DNA from: Nitrospirota bacterium
Lineage (GTDB): Bacteria; Nitrospirota; Thermodesulfovibrionia; Thermodesulfovibrionales; UBA9159
NCBI GenBank assembly: GCA_963699545.1
Contig: CAVOUE010000003.1
Coordinates: 256,001-320,000, forward strand
DNA length: 64,000 bases
Reading direction: 5' to 3'
The number at the start of each line of letters is the position of its first letter. Positions within the stretch are counted from its first letter, which is position 1. A model generated the notes under the pieces. The model did no database searches. It saw only the letters and a list, made by a program, of their open reading frames with translations, and was not told the DNA's origin. A program made the translations under genes and the position numbers. Shown piece after piece: positions 11,509 to 20,797 of this stretch.

Positions 11509-12180
11509 TCATCGCTGTTTCTTTCTCGGCCGTCCAATAGGCAAGGCAGCAAGCCTTTTCCCGAGATTGCGCTCGATTTCCTTTACAAAGTTGTCTGTTC
11601 CTAACGGTCGGCCTGTTCTTGCGCTCTGCCGGATGTCTTTCATCTCCTCTACAGGAATGCTTGTTTTTATGAATTCAATATAATCGCTCCGTTGAATTTC
11701 AGGAAACAGCTCTTCTCCCAAGAGAGGATCCTGAACAAGGCCAAAATGTGCACGGGCGCTGGAATATGGATAATCCTCGGAGTTATCAACGACCGTTGCA
11801 CGGACTGGATTTTGTTCTATATAGCGGGCAACAGCCCAGAGATAAGCTTCCTGATCTACAACACATGAGTGATATCTGCTTTCCCAGAGCCGCCCCGTAC
11901 GCCGATACTTCCTGTTTATATGCTGGGCATAGCAGAGGGTTAACCCCTGCATCATTTTCTGAAGGGACACCTCCGAAGAGGGTTTTGCAAGGAGATGTAC
12001 ATGATTGGTCATGAGGCAATAGCAGATGATAGAAGTATCCCATTTTTCTGCATATCTCTTCACCAGGTAAAGGTACACAGCCCTGTCTTCCGAAGTAAAA
12101 AATACATCCCCTCGATTGTTGCCTCTCTGAACAATGTGATGTGGGAATCCCGCTGCAACAGCCCTCGCTATTCTCGGCAT
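11509..12180 (-). CDS. REP-associated tyrosine transposase (Y1_Tnp, RAYT)
   Basis: HHIVQRGNNR, YCLMTNHVHLL (HUH), GRLWESRYHS, RYIEQNPVRA (catalytic Tyr), YPYSSA, C-terminal GRPRKK. Confidence 0.92.
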   Translation of the reverse strand: MPRIARAVAAGFPHHIVQRGNNRGDVFFTSEDRAVYLYLVKRYAEKWDTSIICYCLMTNHVHLLAKPSSEVSLQKMMQGLTLCYAQHINRKYRRTGRLWESRYHSCVVDQEAYLWAVARYIEQNPVRATVVDNSEDYPYSSARAHFGLVQDPLLGEELFPEIQRSDYIEFIKTSIPVEEMKDIRQSARTGRPLGTDNFVKEIERNLGKRLAALPIGRPRKKQR

Positions 12181-12215
12181 ATGGAAAGTCTACATGAGAA
12201 AACTACCGGCGTCAA
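12181..12215 (-). promoter_or_regulatory. Apparently leaderless sigma70 promoter of RAYT
   Basis: TTGACG (12215-12210), 17 nt, TAGACT (12192-12187), 6 nt, ATG 12180. Confidence 0.6.
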
Positions 12216-12216
12216 G

Positions 12217-12244
12217 AAAAATGGGATGTGTCCCTATTTATTTC
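12217..12244. repeat. REP-like hairpin repeat, right end of RAYT element
   Basis: AAAAATGGGATGTGTCCCTATTTATTTC; near-identical to 57723-57750 and 24549-24576. Confidence 0.88.
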
Positions 12245-13745
12245 AATCCTCGCGAAAGGCCTCCTCGCGTTTCTTGTAAAGTGCAGGGATGCATGTGGCT
12301 ATGATCGCCAGCACGCCTATAGCAAGCAAGGTGGCACTGATCGGACGCCGCAAGAAGACCGTCGGGTCGCCGCGCGAGAGCAGCATTGCTCGCCGCAGAT
12401 ACTCCTCCATCAAAGGGCCAAGAATGAAGGCGAGCAGCATCGGGGCCGGCTCACAGTCAAGTTTAGTGAAGAGGTAGCCCAGAAACCCGAACAACGCCAT
12501 GAGATAGATATCGAACACGGTGTTTTTCAGGCTGAACACACCAATTCCACAAAACACCAGGATCGCCGGGAACAGGAAATGGTAAGGCACCGTGACAATA
12601 CGCACCCACATCCCGATCATTGGCAGGTTGAGGATGACCAGGAAAAGGTTGCCGATCCACATCGAAACGATGACCCCCCAGAACAGCGCCGGCTGCTCGG
12701 TTATCACCGAGGGCCCTGGCTGGATACCATGGATGATCATGGCGCCCACCATGAGCGCCATCACCGGATTTGAGGGGATACCAAGGGTCAGCATCGGGAT
12801 GAACGAGGTCTGGGCGCCGGCGTTATTGGCCGATTCAGGGGCTGCGACACCTTCGATCGCGCCCTTGCCGAATTCGGCCCTGTGCTTCGAGACTTTCTTG
12901 TCGATGGAGTAGGCCGCGAACGATCCCAGGATTGAGCCGCTGCCAGGCAATATACCGAGGGCCGAGCCTATGGCGGTCCCCCGCAGGATCGGTGCCACCA
13001 TGCGCTTCCAATCCTCCCTGGTCGGCATCAGGCTGGTGATCTTTGTTACCATAGCTGTGCGGTGTTCCTCCTGCTCCAGGTTGCGAATGATCTCGCCAAG
13101 GCCGAACATACCCATGGCTACCACCACAAATCCGATGCCGTCGGCCAGTTCGGGAATACCAAAGGCAAACCGCTGCGTGCCGGAATTAACGTCCGTGCCG
13201 ACCAGTCCCAGGAGCAGGCCGAGCACGACCATGCCGATGGCGTGCAACAACGACCCTTGGGCCAATACCACGGAAGCGAGCAGGCCAAGCACCATGAGAG
13301 AGAAATAATCGGCCGGGCCGAACTTGAGCGCGACTTCGGCAAGCGGGGGCGCGAACAGAGCGATAATGAGGGTGGCGACCGTGCCGGCAAAAAAGGAACC
13401 GATGGCGGACGCTGTGAGGGCCACGCCGGCACGCCCCTGTCGTGCCATCTGATAACCGTCCAGCGTGGTGACTACTGATGCAGCTTCACCCGGCACATTG
13501 ACCAGAATGGATGTAGTGGAACCGCCGTACTGGGAACCGTAGTAGATGCCCGCCAGCATGATCAGGGCGGAGACCGGTGGCAGGGTGAACGTGATGGGCA
13601 GGAGCATCGCAATAGTGGCCGTCGGTCCAAGCCCGGGCAATACCCCGATGAGGGTGCCGAGAAAAACACCCGCAAGGCAGTAAAACAAATTTGCCAGAGT
13701 GCACGACGTCGTCAGACCTAATCCGAGGTTGGCAATAAGTTCCAT
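12243..13745 (-). CDS. tctA: Tripartite tricarboxylate transporter, large permease
   Basis: GTLIGVLPGLG, YYGSQYGGS, GVAAPESANNA, LTLGIP; start moved to the Shine-Dalgarno-preceded ATG 13745. Confidence 0.95.
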   Translation of the reverse strand: MELIANLGLGLTTSCTLANLFYCLAGVFLGTLIGVLPGLGPTATIAMLLPITFTLPPVSALIMLAGIYYGSQYGGSTTSILVNVPGEAASVVTTLDGYQMARQGRAGVALTASAIGSFFAGTVATLIIALFAPPLAEVALKFGPADYFSLMVLGLLASVVLAQGSLLHAIGMVVLGLLLGLVGTDVNSGTQRFAFGIPELADGIGFVVVAMGMFGLGEIIRNLEQEEHRTAMVTKITSLMPTREDWKRMVAPILRGTAIGSALGILPGSGSILGSFAAYSIDKKVSKHRAEFGKGAIEGVAAPESANNAGAQTSFIPMLTLGIPSNPVMALMVGAMIIHGIQPGPSVITEQPALFWGVIVSMWIGNLFLVILNLPMIGMWVRIVTVPYHFLFPAILVFCGIGVFSLKNTVFDIYLMALFGFLGYLFTKLDCEPAPMLLAFILGPLMEEYLRRAMLLSRGDPTVFLRRPISATLLAIGVLAIIATCIPALYKKREEAFRED

Positions 13746-13771
13746 AGCGTCTCCTTCGATATTCTCAAGAG

Positions 13772-14233
13772 TTATCCGCCGAACCACGAACCCAGTATCG
13801 GAAGCGGTATTCCCAAACCCTTCAGGAATATCAAAATGCAAAACGCGGTGAGTCCTGCTGCCAGGGCCAGTGAATACCGCCAGCTGAACCGACCGCTGGC
13901 ATAGGCGCTGATGATCACCAACAGGGGCAGCGCGATGATCAGGCCGGCGCCCCGGACGGTGAGGCCGAATACGAGCGTCGCACCGATGACCATCAGGAGT
14001 CCCTTAAACGTGAAGCTGCCGAATGGACTGCCCGGCCTAATGAATGAGCGGACCAGGGAAATGATCCCGATTATTATCAGCAGGACACTAAGAATCGCAG
14101 GGAAATAAGCCGGGCCCATCTTGACGGCGGTGCCCATACCGTAGTCGCGGGCGATAATGAGAGCAGCCGTTCCGAAGGCAATATAGATGATGCCGGTCCA
14201 GAAATCTTTGACGTTGCGCATCAATGAGCTCAA
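13772..14233 (-). CDS. tctB: Tripartite tricarboxylate transporter, small permease
   Basis: Four TM segments, MGPAYFP motif, lies between tctC and tctA; probable TTG start after AGGAG. Confidence 0.9.
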   Translation of the reverse strand: MSSLMRNVKDFWTGIIYIAFGTAALIIARDYGMGTAVKMGPAYFPAILSVLLIIIGIISLVRSFIRPGSPFGSFTFKGLLMVIGATLVFGLTVRGAGLIIALPLLVIISAYASGRFSWRYSLALAAGLTAFCILIFLKGLGIPLPILGSWFGG

Positions 14234-14309
14234 GACTGTCTCCTTACGTAGAGGAGCGACGCCAGGCATCGTCCCGGTCTGAGTTTCGGCAGCTCAAGAA
14301 CAACCCTGG

Positions 14310-15284
14310 TCAGTCGGCGTAGACGCCGGCTTTTTTGATGATCGGCGCCCATTTGTCAATTTCGGCCTTGAGATGCGCACGCAATGCCTCGGGAGTAGCG
14401 TGATTCTTGGTTTCCGCCTTGGTGCCCAGTTCCGTAAAACGCTGGTTCAGCGTTGCATCCGCCAGCGCATCCTGCAGGGCTTTCACGAGCTTGTCAATTA
14501 CCGCTTTCGGCGTGCCCTTTGGCGCGTACAGACCTTGCCACACCGTTATCTCAAAGTTCGGCAATCCGGCTTCTTGCACTGTCGGCACATTCGACAGCGA
14601 AGGCACACGTGTCTTTGTCGTCACACCGTAGACCTTAATTTTGCCGGCTTTGATCTGGCTTATGGTGTTGGTGATCTGATCGCACATGAAGTCCACCTGG
14701 CCGCCGAGAAGGTCGTTCATGGCCGGGCCCGTGCCTTTATAGGGGATGGTGGTGAGGTCCGTCTGGATCGCGGACATGAAGAGCATGCCGCACAAGTGTG
14801 AGGCAGCGCCCAGTCCGGCGTTGGCTAAATTTATTTTCTCCCTGTTGGCTTTTACGTACGCTATCATTTCCTTCAGATCCTTGGGAGGAAAATCCTTTCT
14901 TGCGACCAGGGTCATCGGCACATCGCCGACCAGCCCGATGGGCTCGAAGTCACGGATCGTATCGTACGGCAGCTTGCGATAGAGGGACGGAGCGGTGGAA
15001 AAGCCGATATGGTGCAAAAAGATCGTATACCCGTCCGGCGGTGATTGAGCCACACGTGTGGACGCAATGGTGCCTCCTGCGCCGGCCACATTTTCCACAA
15101 TGATCTGAGTTTTGAGGGACGTGCCCATTGCCTGGGCAAGCAGGCGGGCTATGGTGTCTGTGGGGCCACCCGCAGAGAACGGCACGATCATCGTGATCAC
15201 TTTTGAAGGATACTGTTCCGCATGCGCCTGCGACACACCGAGAAACGCGAGACAAATGAGCATCAGCAGAACTCTGTTAATCAC
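14310..15284 (-). CDS. tctC: Tripartite tricarboxylate transporter substrate-binding protein (Bug/TctC)
   Basis: IVPFSAGGPTD, ENVAGAGG, PDGYT, IPYKGTGPAMNDLLGGQVD; GTG start after GGAGG. Confidence 0.93.
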   Translation of the reverse strand: MINRVLLMLICLAFLGVSQAHAEQYPSKVITMIVPFSAGGPTDTIARLLAQAMGTSLKTQIIVENVAGAGGTIASTRVAQSPPDGYTIFLHHIGFSTAPSLYRKLPYDTIRDFEPIGLVGDVPMTLVARKDFPPKDLKEMIAYVKANREKINLANAGLGAASHLCGMLFMSAIQTDLTTIPYKGTGPAMNDLLGGQVDFMCDQITNTISQIKAGKIKVYGVTTKTRVPSLSNVPTVQEAGLPNFEITVWQGLYAPKGTPKAVIDKLVKALQDALADATLNQRFTELGTKAETKNHATPEALRAHLKAEIDKWAPIIKKAGVYAD

Positions 15285-15394
15285 TACCCACCTCCGCAGT
15301 TGTTTGGTTACGCATATCTGTTTCTTGACAGGTGCTTGCTTCCCGTAAATATGAATATATGAAAATGACGCTTGTCTTGTCAATGTAATTGAGG

Positions 15395-15421
15395 AAAAAG
15401 TAGGGACCATGTCCCCTTTTT
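15395..15421. repeat. Degenerate REP-like hairpin upstream of tctC
   Basis: AAAAAGTAGGGAC-CAT-GTCCCCTTTTT shares TAGGGAC and TGTCCC with the RAYT repeats. Confidence 0.5.
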
Positions 15422-15480
15422 AAAGCGGGATTCACTAATTAGACCTTGCGAAATAGTCGATTGTGGCGGTAAGATAGAGC

Positions 15481-16011
15481 GTGAAATCTCTCGTTTCCCG
15501 AGGTGACATGAGGTATCTTCTGATCGCTCTTTCGTTTCTCTTCCTCACCGCTGAGGCTCCCTCACCATGGGGCATCGATGAACTGGTCGGGAAGAAAGCT
15601 CCTGATTTTACCCTGAAGAACTTGAACGACAAGCCGGTCTCTCTGTCTTCTCTTAAGGGAAACGCTGTGCTGATAAGCTTCTGGGCAACATGGTGCCCTC
15701 CCTGCCGGGATGAGATGCCCTCCCTCAACAGGCTTTATCGTGACAAACGGGACAAGGGCCTTGTCGTAGTGGCGATTTCAACGGACAGGGGGGTATCGCC
15801 GGTCAAGGATTTTTTAAGGAAGACCCCTGTGGACTTCCCTGTTCTTATGGATTCCGGCAACAGGGTCACAAGACAGTTCAAGGTGTTTTCCCTTCCCACT
15901 ACGTTTCTCCTGGACAGGAACGGAGCTATTGTTGAAAAGTATCTCGGCGAAGAGGAGTGGGATTCCGCAAAGATCCGGGATAAGATCGATGCGGTGTTAC
16001 GGATTCAATAA
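15481..16011 (+). CDS. TlpA/ResA-family thiol-disulfide oxidoreductase
   Basis: APDFTL, FWATWCPPC, LPTTFLLDRNG; start 15481 (GTG) or 15508. Confidence 0.9.
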   Translation: MKSLVSRGDMRYLLIALSFLFLTAEAPSPWGIDELVGKKAPDFTLKNLNDKPVSLSSLKGNAVLISFWATWCPPCRDEMPSLNRLYRDKRDKGLVVVAISTDRGVSPVKDFLRKTPVDFPVLMDSGNRVTRQFKVFSLPTTFLLDRNGAIVEKYLGEEEWDSAKIRDKIDAVLRIQ

Positions 16012-16086
16012 CTCTCCCCTTTTGTCTTGCATCCGGCTGATGTGCATTTACTGGGGATTCAGGATTGCGAAACGAGGATTTCGTTC

Positions 16087-17061
16087 TTAGTAGGGATTCC
16101 AGAGATGACAGGACACAAGCCTCCCGCTGAACCCATCCCCTGCCGGCACTTTCAATTCAGGCACAACTCTGTCACAGGGCTCAAATCTCTTCGGGCACCT
16201 CGGATGAAAGGGACATCCGTGAGGGATATCCACAGGGCTCGGCACATCCCCTTTCAGGATCGTCCGTTTCTGACCGTCCGGTCTTATCTTCGGCGCAGAT
16301 GAGAGCAGCACGACCGTGTAGGGGTGGAGGGGATGAGCAAAGAGGTCTTCCGCCTTCGCCTCTTCCACGATCTTTCCAAGGTACATCACCCCAACCTCGT
16401 CACTGAAATACCGCACCACCCGGAGGTCGTGGCTGATAAAGAGGAATGAGATATTCGATTCCTTTTTCAGGTCCTGGAGGATGTTCAGTACCTGGGCCTG
16501 AATTGATACGTCCAGTGCGGAGAGGGGTTCATCGGCTATGATGACCTCCGGGGATACCGCAAGTGCCCGCGCAATACATATCCTCTGTCTCTGACCCCCG
16601 CTGAATTCATGGGGGTAGCGGTCCAGCGCATCGGGCTGGAGCCCGACACTGTTGAGAAGGCTCACCACTTTTTCCTTAATCTCTCCTCTCGGAACAATCT
16701 TGTGGATTTTGAGAGGCTCGGAGAGGGCATCAGAGACAGTCATCCTGGGGTTCAGGGATGCAAAAGGGTCCTGAAAGATTATCTGCACCGATTTCCTGAA
16801 GGCCCGTAAGGATTCTCCCTCGAGTTCGGAGACCTTGCTTCCTTTAAACAGCACGTCTCCGCCAGTGGGTTTTATAAGCTTCAGGACCATCCGGGCCACG
16901 GTGGATTTTCCGCATCCGCTCTCCCCCACCAGGGAAAACACATTGCCCTGCTTTACCGAAAAAGTCACCCCGTCCACTGCCTTGAGAGACCCCCGCTTCA
17001 TGAACGCTCCGGCTTTCACCGGGAAATATTTCCTGAGTTCGACTACATCGATAATGTCCAC
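16087..17061 (-). CDS. Oligo/dipeptide ABC transporter ATPase (OppF/DppF-like)
   Basis: GESGCGKST, FQDPFASLNP, RYPHEFSGGQRQR, C-terminal GCPFHPRC. Confidence 0.93.
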   Translation of the reverse strand: MDIIDVVELRKYFPVKAGAFMKRGSLKAVDGVTFSVKQGNVFSLVGESGCGKSTVARMVLKLIKPTGGDVLFKGSKVSELEGESLRAFRKSVQIIFQDPFASLNPRMTVSDALSEPLKIHKIVPRGEIKEKVVSLLNSVGLQPDALDRYPHEFSGGQRQRICIARALAVSPEVIIADEPLSALDVSIQAQVLNILQDLKKESNISFLFISHDLRVVRYFSDEVGVMYLGKIVEEAKAEDLFAHPLHPYTVVLLSSAPKIRPDGQKRTILKGDVPSPVDIPHGCPFHPRCPKRFEPCDRVVPELKVPAGDGFSGRLVSCHLWNPY

Positions 17062-18017
17062 TGCATCTCCTCAGCCCTTATGCACCGCGCGAAGTGACCC
17101 CGGGCGATCTCTCTGAGGGCGGGCTCCTCTTTCCGGCAGTCGGGAATCATGTATCTGCACCGGTCCGAGAACTTGCAGCCTGGAGGAAGTTCTTCCGGTC
17201 TCGGAACGGAACCGGGAATCGGTTTGAGCGGGATCCCTTTTTGCTTCGGCAGGGACTCCAGAAGTCCTATGGTGTAGGGATGCTTCGGTGATTCAAGCAC
17301 CTGTGAGACCCGGGAGGTCTCCATGATCCTTCCCGCATACATGACTGCGGCTCTCTCCGCATTTTCAGCGATCACCCCGATGTCGTGTGTGATGAGCAGA
17401 ACCGCCATATTCCTTTCCTCTCTCAGGTTCCTCATGAGTTCAAGTATCTGCGCCTCTATGGTCACGTCAAGGGCCGTAGTTGGTTCATCCGCGATGAGAA
17501 GGGAGGGATTGCACGCGACCGCCATGGCGATCATGATCCGCTGCCTCATCCCCCCTGACATCTGATGAGGATACTCCTTCAGCCGTATCTCGGGAGAAGG
17601 GATACTCACCGCCTTCAAAAGCTCCACGACCTTTTCCGTCGCGCTTTTCCGTGAAAGTCCCATGTGCGTGGTGAGAACCTCTCCGATCTGATACCCTACG
17701 GTGAGCACGGGGTTAAGGGAGGTCATGGGCTCCTGGAAGATCATGGATATCTCCTTGCCCCGCAGCCTTCGCATGGATTCTTTATCTGTGGTGAGAAGAT
17801 CCCTGCCTTTGAAGCGAAGATCGCCTTCCGCAAAGGAATTCTCCGGCAGAAGCCCCATAATCGCAAGGGCGGTGAGACTCTTTCCGCAGCCGCTTTCGCC
17901 CACAAGACCGAAGACCTCCGCTTCATTGATCGAGAAGTTCAGTTTGTTGACGACGTTAACGGGGCCCGATGATGTGCTGAAGGAAATGCTGAGATCCCTT
18001 ACCTCAAGGAGGGACAC
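17043..18017 (-). CDS. Oligo/dipeptide ABC transporter ATPase (OppD/DppD-like)
   Basis: GESGCGKS, MIFQEPMTSLNP, YPHQMSGGMRQR, DEPTTALD; GTG start 18017. Confidence 0.93.
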   Translation of the reverse strand: MSLLEVRDLSISFSTSSGPVNVVNKLNFSINEAEVFGLVGESGCGKSLTALAIMGLLPENSFAEGDLRFKGRDLLTTDKESMRRLRGKEISMIFQEPMTSLNPVLTVGYQIGEVLTTHMGLSRKSATEKVVELLKAVSIPSPEIRLKEYPHQMSGGMRQRIMIAMAVACNPSLLIADEPTTALDVTIEAQILELMRNLREERNMAVLLITHDIGVIAENAERAAVMYAGRIMETSRVSQVLESPKHPYTIGLLESLPKQKGIPLKPIPGSVPRPEELPPGCKFSDRCRYMIPDCRKEEPALREIARGHFARCIRAEEMQWTLSM

Positions 18018-18021
18018 TCTC

Positions 18022-18729
18022 CTACTTGTCCTCTTTCCGCAGAAGCTTGAGATAGGTCTTTGCCTCTTCGAGTTTCGGGTTGTACCGCAATGCGCTCTCC
18101 CATTCCTCAAGGGCAAGCCCTACCATGCCTTTCATATAGTAGGTAAGACCGAGCTGCACCCATCCCTGGCCGTAATCGGGATTGATCTCCTTGGCCTTGA
18201 CAAAATAGATGACCGCATCCTCATAGTTCCCTTTGCTCCTGATGGCGATGCCCAGCTTCGTATAGAAATCTGCAGCCCTGGGATGGAGCTTGACCGCCTT
18301 CTGGTATTCCTCAATGGCATCATCCCACATGCCGAATTCAAGATAGATGTTGCCGATCTTGTAATGCTCGTTCGCCAGCTTCCTTGCAACAAAGGGGTCC
18401 AGGGATGTGGGAGTGGGATGGGCTATCTGCGCCGCCAGGGAAAATACCTCCTGGGCCTGCTTGAACTCGCCCATCTCATTGTAGGTGATGGCAAGGTTAA
18501 GGGACGCCTCGGTATACAGCGGGTTTAACTGAAGGGCGCGCTCGAAATACTCGGATGCCTCTTTGAACCTGCTGTTGAGGTGCGCGATGATGCCGAGTTT
18601 ATTGAGCACATCAGCGTAGTTCGGATTAAGCCTGATAACATCACGGAGAACAGCTTCTGCCTCGTTATACCTGCCCGCATCGAAGAGGTCGCTGCCCATC
18701 TGGTGGAGGTCATAGACGTCCTGGTTCAT
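18022..18729 (-). CDS. Tetratricopeptide repeat protein
   Basis: Repeated TPR units (NPNYADVLNKLG, NPLYTEASLNLA, NPDYGQGWVQLG). Confidence 0.88.
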   Translation of the reverse strand: MNQDVYDLHQMGSDLFDAGRYNEAEAVLRDVIRLNPNYADVLNKLGIIAHLNSRFKEASEYFERALQLNPLYTEASLNLAITYNEMGEFKQAQEVFSLAAQIAHPTPTSLDPFVARKLANEHYKIGNIYLEFGMWDDAIEEYQKAVKLHPRAADFYTKLGIAIRSKGNYEDAVIYFVKAKEINPDYGQGWVQLGLTYYMKGMVGLALEEWESALRYNPKLEEAKTYLKLLRKEDK

Positions 18730-18776
18730 ATCGTCAGAGTATAGGGGTTCGCCAATTCTTTGTCAAGGCAACGGAG

Positions 18777-19073
18777 CTAATTGATCGAGCGGATCCTTCC
18801 TGTTCTCCTGTCGAAGAGAATCTTGTCATACAGCCGTTCGCCCCTGTATATGTCTGCCTCGATAAACCGGTCCTTGTGACGCATATTCGCCACCCTTAAT
18901 CCTTTGCCCCTAAAGTATTTCTCGATGGCGACCTCAGCTTCTTTCGGGCCCATGTCCTGCGTGCATATGCCGTACGTGTTCCCCTTGGGATAATCGCCAT
19001 AGGGCATGACGCGTTCTTCCCCGTACCCGGCCACGGCCATCAGCAACACCATGAGCGGCAGCACATAACGCAT
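18777..19073 (-). CDS. Small exported protein (PepSY-like)
   Basis: Signal peptide; C-terminal ILFDRRTGRIRSI; GAGGAG before ATG 19073 (alternative start 19085). Confidence 0.65.
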   Translation of the reverse strand: MRYVLPLMVLLMAVAGYGEERVMPYGDYPKGNTYGICTQDMGPKEAEVAIEKYFRGKGLRVANMRHKDRFIEADIYRGERLYDKILFDRRTGRIRSIN

Positions 19074-19113
19074 TGTTCTCCTCATAGTATAACTACCATT
19101 TTAGAAGAAAACC

Positions 19114-19132
19114 GTGAAGGAAATGTGAAGGA
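19114..19132. promoter_or_regulatory. Tandem direct repeat, probable OmpR-family binding site
   Basis: GTGAAGGA at 19114-19121 and 19125-19132 (11-bp period), upstream of the exported-protein gene. Confidence 0.6.
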
Positions 19133-19417
19133 TCATATCTTCTCCACCCCTTTGATCCCGACAAGCTTATGCCTGGAGGACAGTCCCCGAATGATATGAA
19201 TGGCGCTCTTCTTCACTCCCAGCCTCTCGGAGAGAACCTCGATGAGCTGTTCATTGGCAGCGCCCTCCGCAGGGGGAGAGGTGAGATACACTCTGACGAT
19301 ATCGCCGTCAACACCCTCGATCCCTTTTCTCGAAGAACGGGGCTGGACCTTCACCTGTATGGAGATGCCGTCCTTTGTCCTCTTGAAAGGGATCCTCATG
19401 TTGAGCACGGTCTTCAT
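19133..19417 (-). CDS. DUF167/YggU-family protein
   Basis: VKVQPRSS, PPAEGAANEQLIE, GLSSRHK. Confidence 0.9.
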   Translation of the reverse strand: MKTVLNMRIPFKRTKDGISIQVKVQPRSSRKGIEGVDGDIVRVYLTSPPAEGAANEQLIEVLSERLGVKKSAIHIIRGLSSRHKLVGIKGVEKI

Positions 19418-19420
19418 CCG

Positions 19421-20797
19421 TCAGTCCTTGTCTTTGGCTGCAAACTGTCTTATCGGCAGCCATACCCTTATCGCGGTCCCTTCCGCCACTTTGCTCTTTA
19501 CCTCGATCCTCCCGCCCATTATATCGACAAGCTCCTTTACGAGCGCAAGGCCTATGCCCGCTCCTCTGTCCGCCGCGCCCCTGCCCCGGTAGAATCTCAT
19601 GAATATCTTAGACACCTCGTCTTCAGGGATACCCATTCCTGTGTCCTTCACATCGACAAAAAACTCCTTGCCCTCTCTGCCATAATCGATCCATACCCCA
19701 CCTTTGCCGGTATACTTAAGGGAGTTCGCGATGATATTCTTCAGTATCCTTTCCAGTTTATCCAGATCAGCCATGACTTCCATGTCGGCCCTCTCAGCCA
19801 CAGAGAACTGAAGTCCCTTCTCATTGAATATTGGCTCCATGGAGCTTGCCGTTCCCCTGAGAAACTCCTTCAGGTTGATCCGCCGGTACTCACCCGGGGA
19901 AAAGAAACTGGCCTCTGCCTTTGTCAGGTCTTCGATCCCTTCCACGAGGTGCGTCAGCTTTTCTATCTCGTTCCTGATATTTTCGAGCCCCTCTTCCTTA
20001 TTTTCGACAACTCCGTCGATCATCGCCTCTGCCTGGGCCTTCATCACCGCAAGGGGCGTCCTCAGTTCATGGGCGACATTGGAGGTAAGGCGTTTTCTGA
20101 GCAGTTCCTCCTTCTGGAGGGCCTCAGCCATATAGTTAAAACTCTCAGAGAGTCTCCCGATCTCATCCGTTGAAACCGATGCCACCCTGGTACTGAAATC
20201 ACCCCTGGCAACCCTTTCCGCTGCGATCTTCAGCCTCCTCACCGGCCGTGAAAGGGTGAGACTCAAAAAAATTGCCATGGCCACCGCGCTTATCCCCGCA
20301 ATAAAGAAAGACATGATCAGGAAGTTCCGTCCCTTTTCCTTAAAAATTGCGCCTTTTACCTTCAGGAGTCCCTCCGTCTTAAGCGATCTGACAAGGAGCG
20401 TCCCAAGCTCACTGCCCTCCGCATACAGAGGGTATCGCTCGTATTGCCCTTCTGCGGAATGGCTGTGGACAACGGATTCCATCCTGCGCTTCATCATGGC
20501 AGGGAGGGAGTGCATTACCGCGTGGGAGCTTGTTATCTCCCGGCCCTCTCTGTCCTCCACCCTGATATCGAACCCCAGCATCATGCCCCAGTGGACCGCC
20601 TCGGACAGCAGGCTCATATCCCATCTGCCGTCCTGATAACTGCCTTCCGTCGATGCAATGACCCAGTAGAGATGGTCTTCCCTGGTACCTCTTGTATATT
20701 CATCAAAATCGCTCATGATGAGCCGCTCAAAGATAAGGTTTGAGATCAGGGCGATACCGATCACGAGAACGAATGCGAAAAAGAGCTTAGTCCTCAT
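19421..20797 (-). CDS. Membrane sensor histidine kinase (HAMP, HisKA, HATPase)
   Basis: Two TMs, DEIGRLSESFN, VAHELRTPL, DTGMGI, GAGIGLA. Confidence 0.93.
   Translation of the reverse strand: MRTKLFFAFVLVIGIALISNLIFERLIMSDFDEYTRGTREDHLYWVIASTEGSYQDGRWDMSLLSEAVHWGMMLGFDIRVEDREGREITSSHAVMHSLPAMMKRRMESVVHSHSAEGQYERYPLYAEGSELGTLLVRSLKTEGLLKVKGAIFKEKGRNFLIMSFFIAGISAVAMAIFLSLTLSRPVRRLKIAAERVARGDFSTRVASVSTDEIGRLSESFNYMAEALQKEELLRKRLTSNVAHELRTPLAVMKAQAEAMIDGVVENKEEGLENIRNEIEKLTHLVEGIEDLTKAEASFFSPGEYRRINLKEFLRGTASSMEPIFNEKGLQFSVAERADMEVMADLDKLERILKNIIANSLKYTGKGGVWIDYGREGKEFFVDVKDTGMGIPEDEVSKIFMRFYRGRGAADRGAGIGLALVKELVDIMGGRIEVKSKVAEGTAIRVWLPIRQFAAKDKD

Larger units (their letters stand above)
11477..12244 (-). 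mobile_element. RAYT (HUH/Y1 tyrosine transposase) element with terminal inverted REP-like repeats
   Basis: Single transposase gene tightly bracketed by inverted GGGA-CACA-TCCC repeats; no tnpB. Confidence 0.8.

Noticed and set aside
11509-12180. IS200/IS605 element with TnpB/IscB
   Set aside because: No tnpB or iscB nearby; protein length, motifs and flanking inverted repeats fit the RAYT type.
15481-16011. Selenoproteins (TlpA, OsmC, ferredoxin), given selA/selB
   Set aside because: Active-site positions are ordinary Cys codons; the split ORFs in the window are frameshifts, not TGA read-through.
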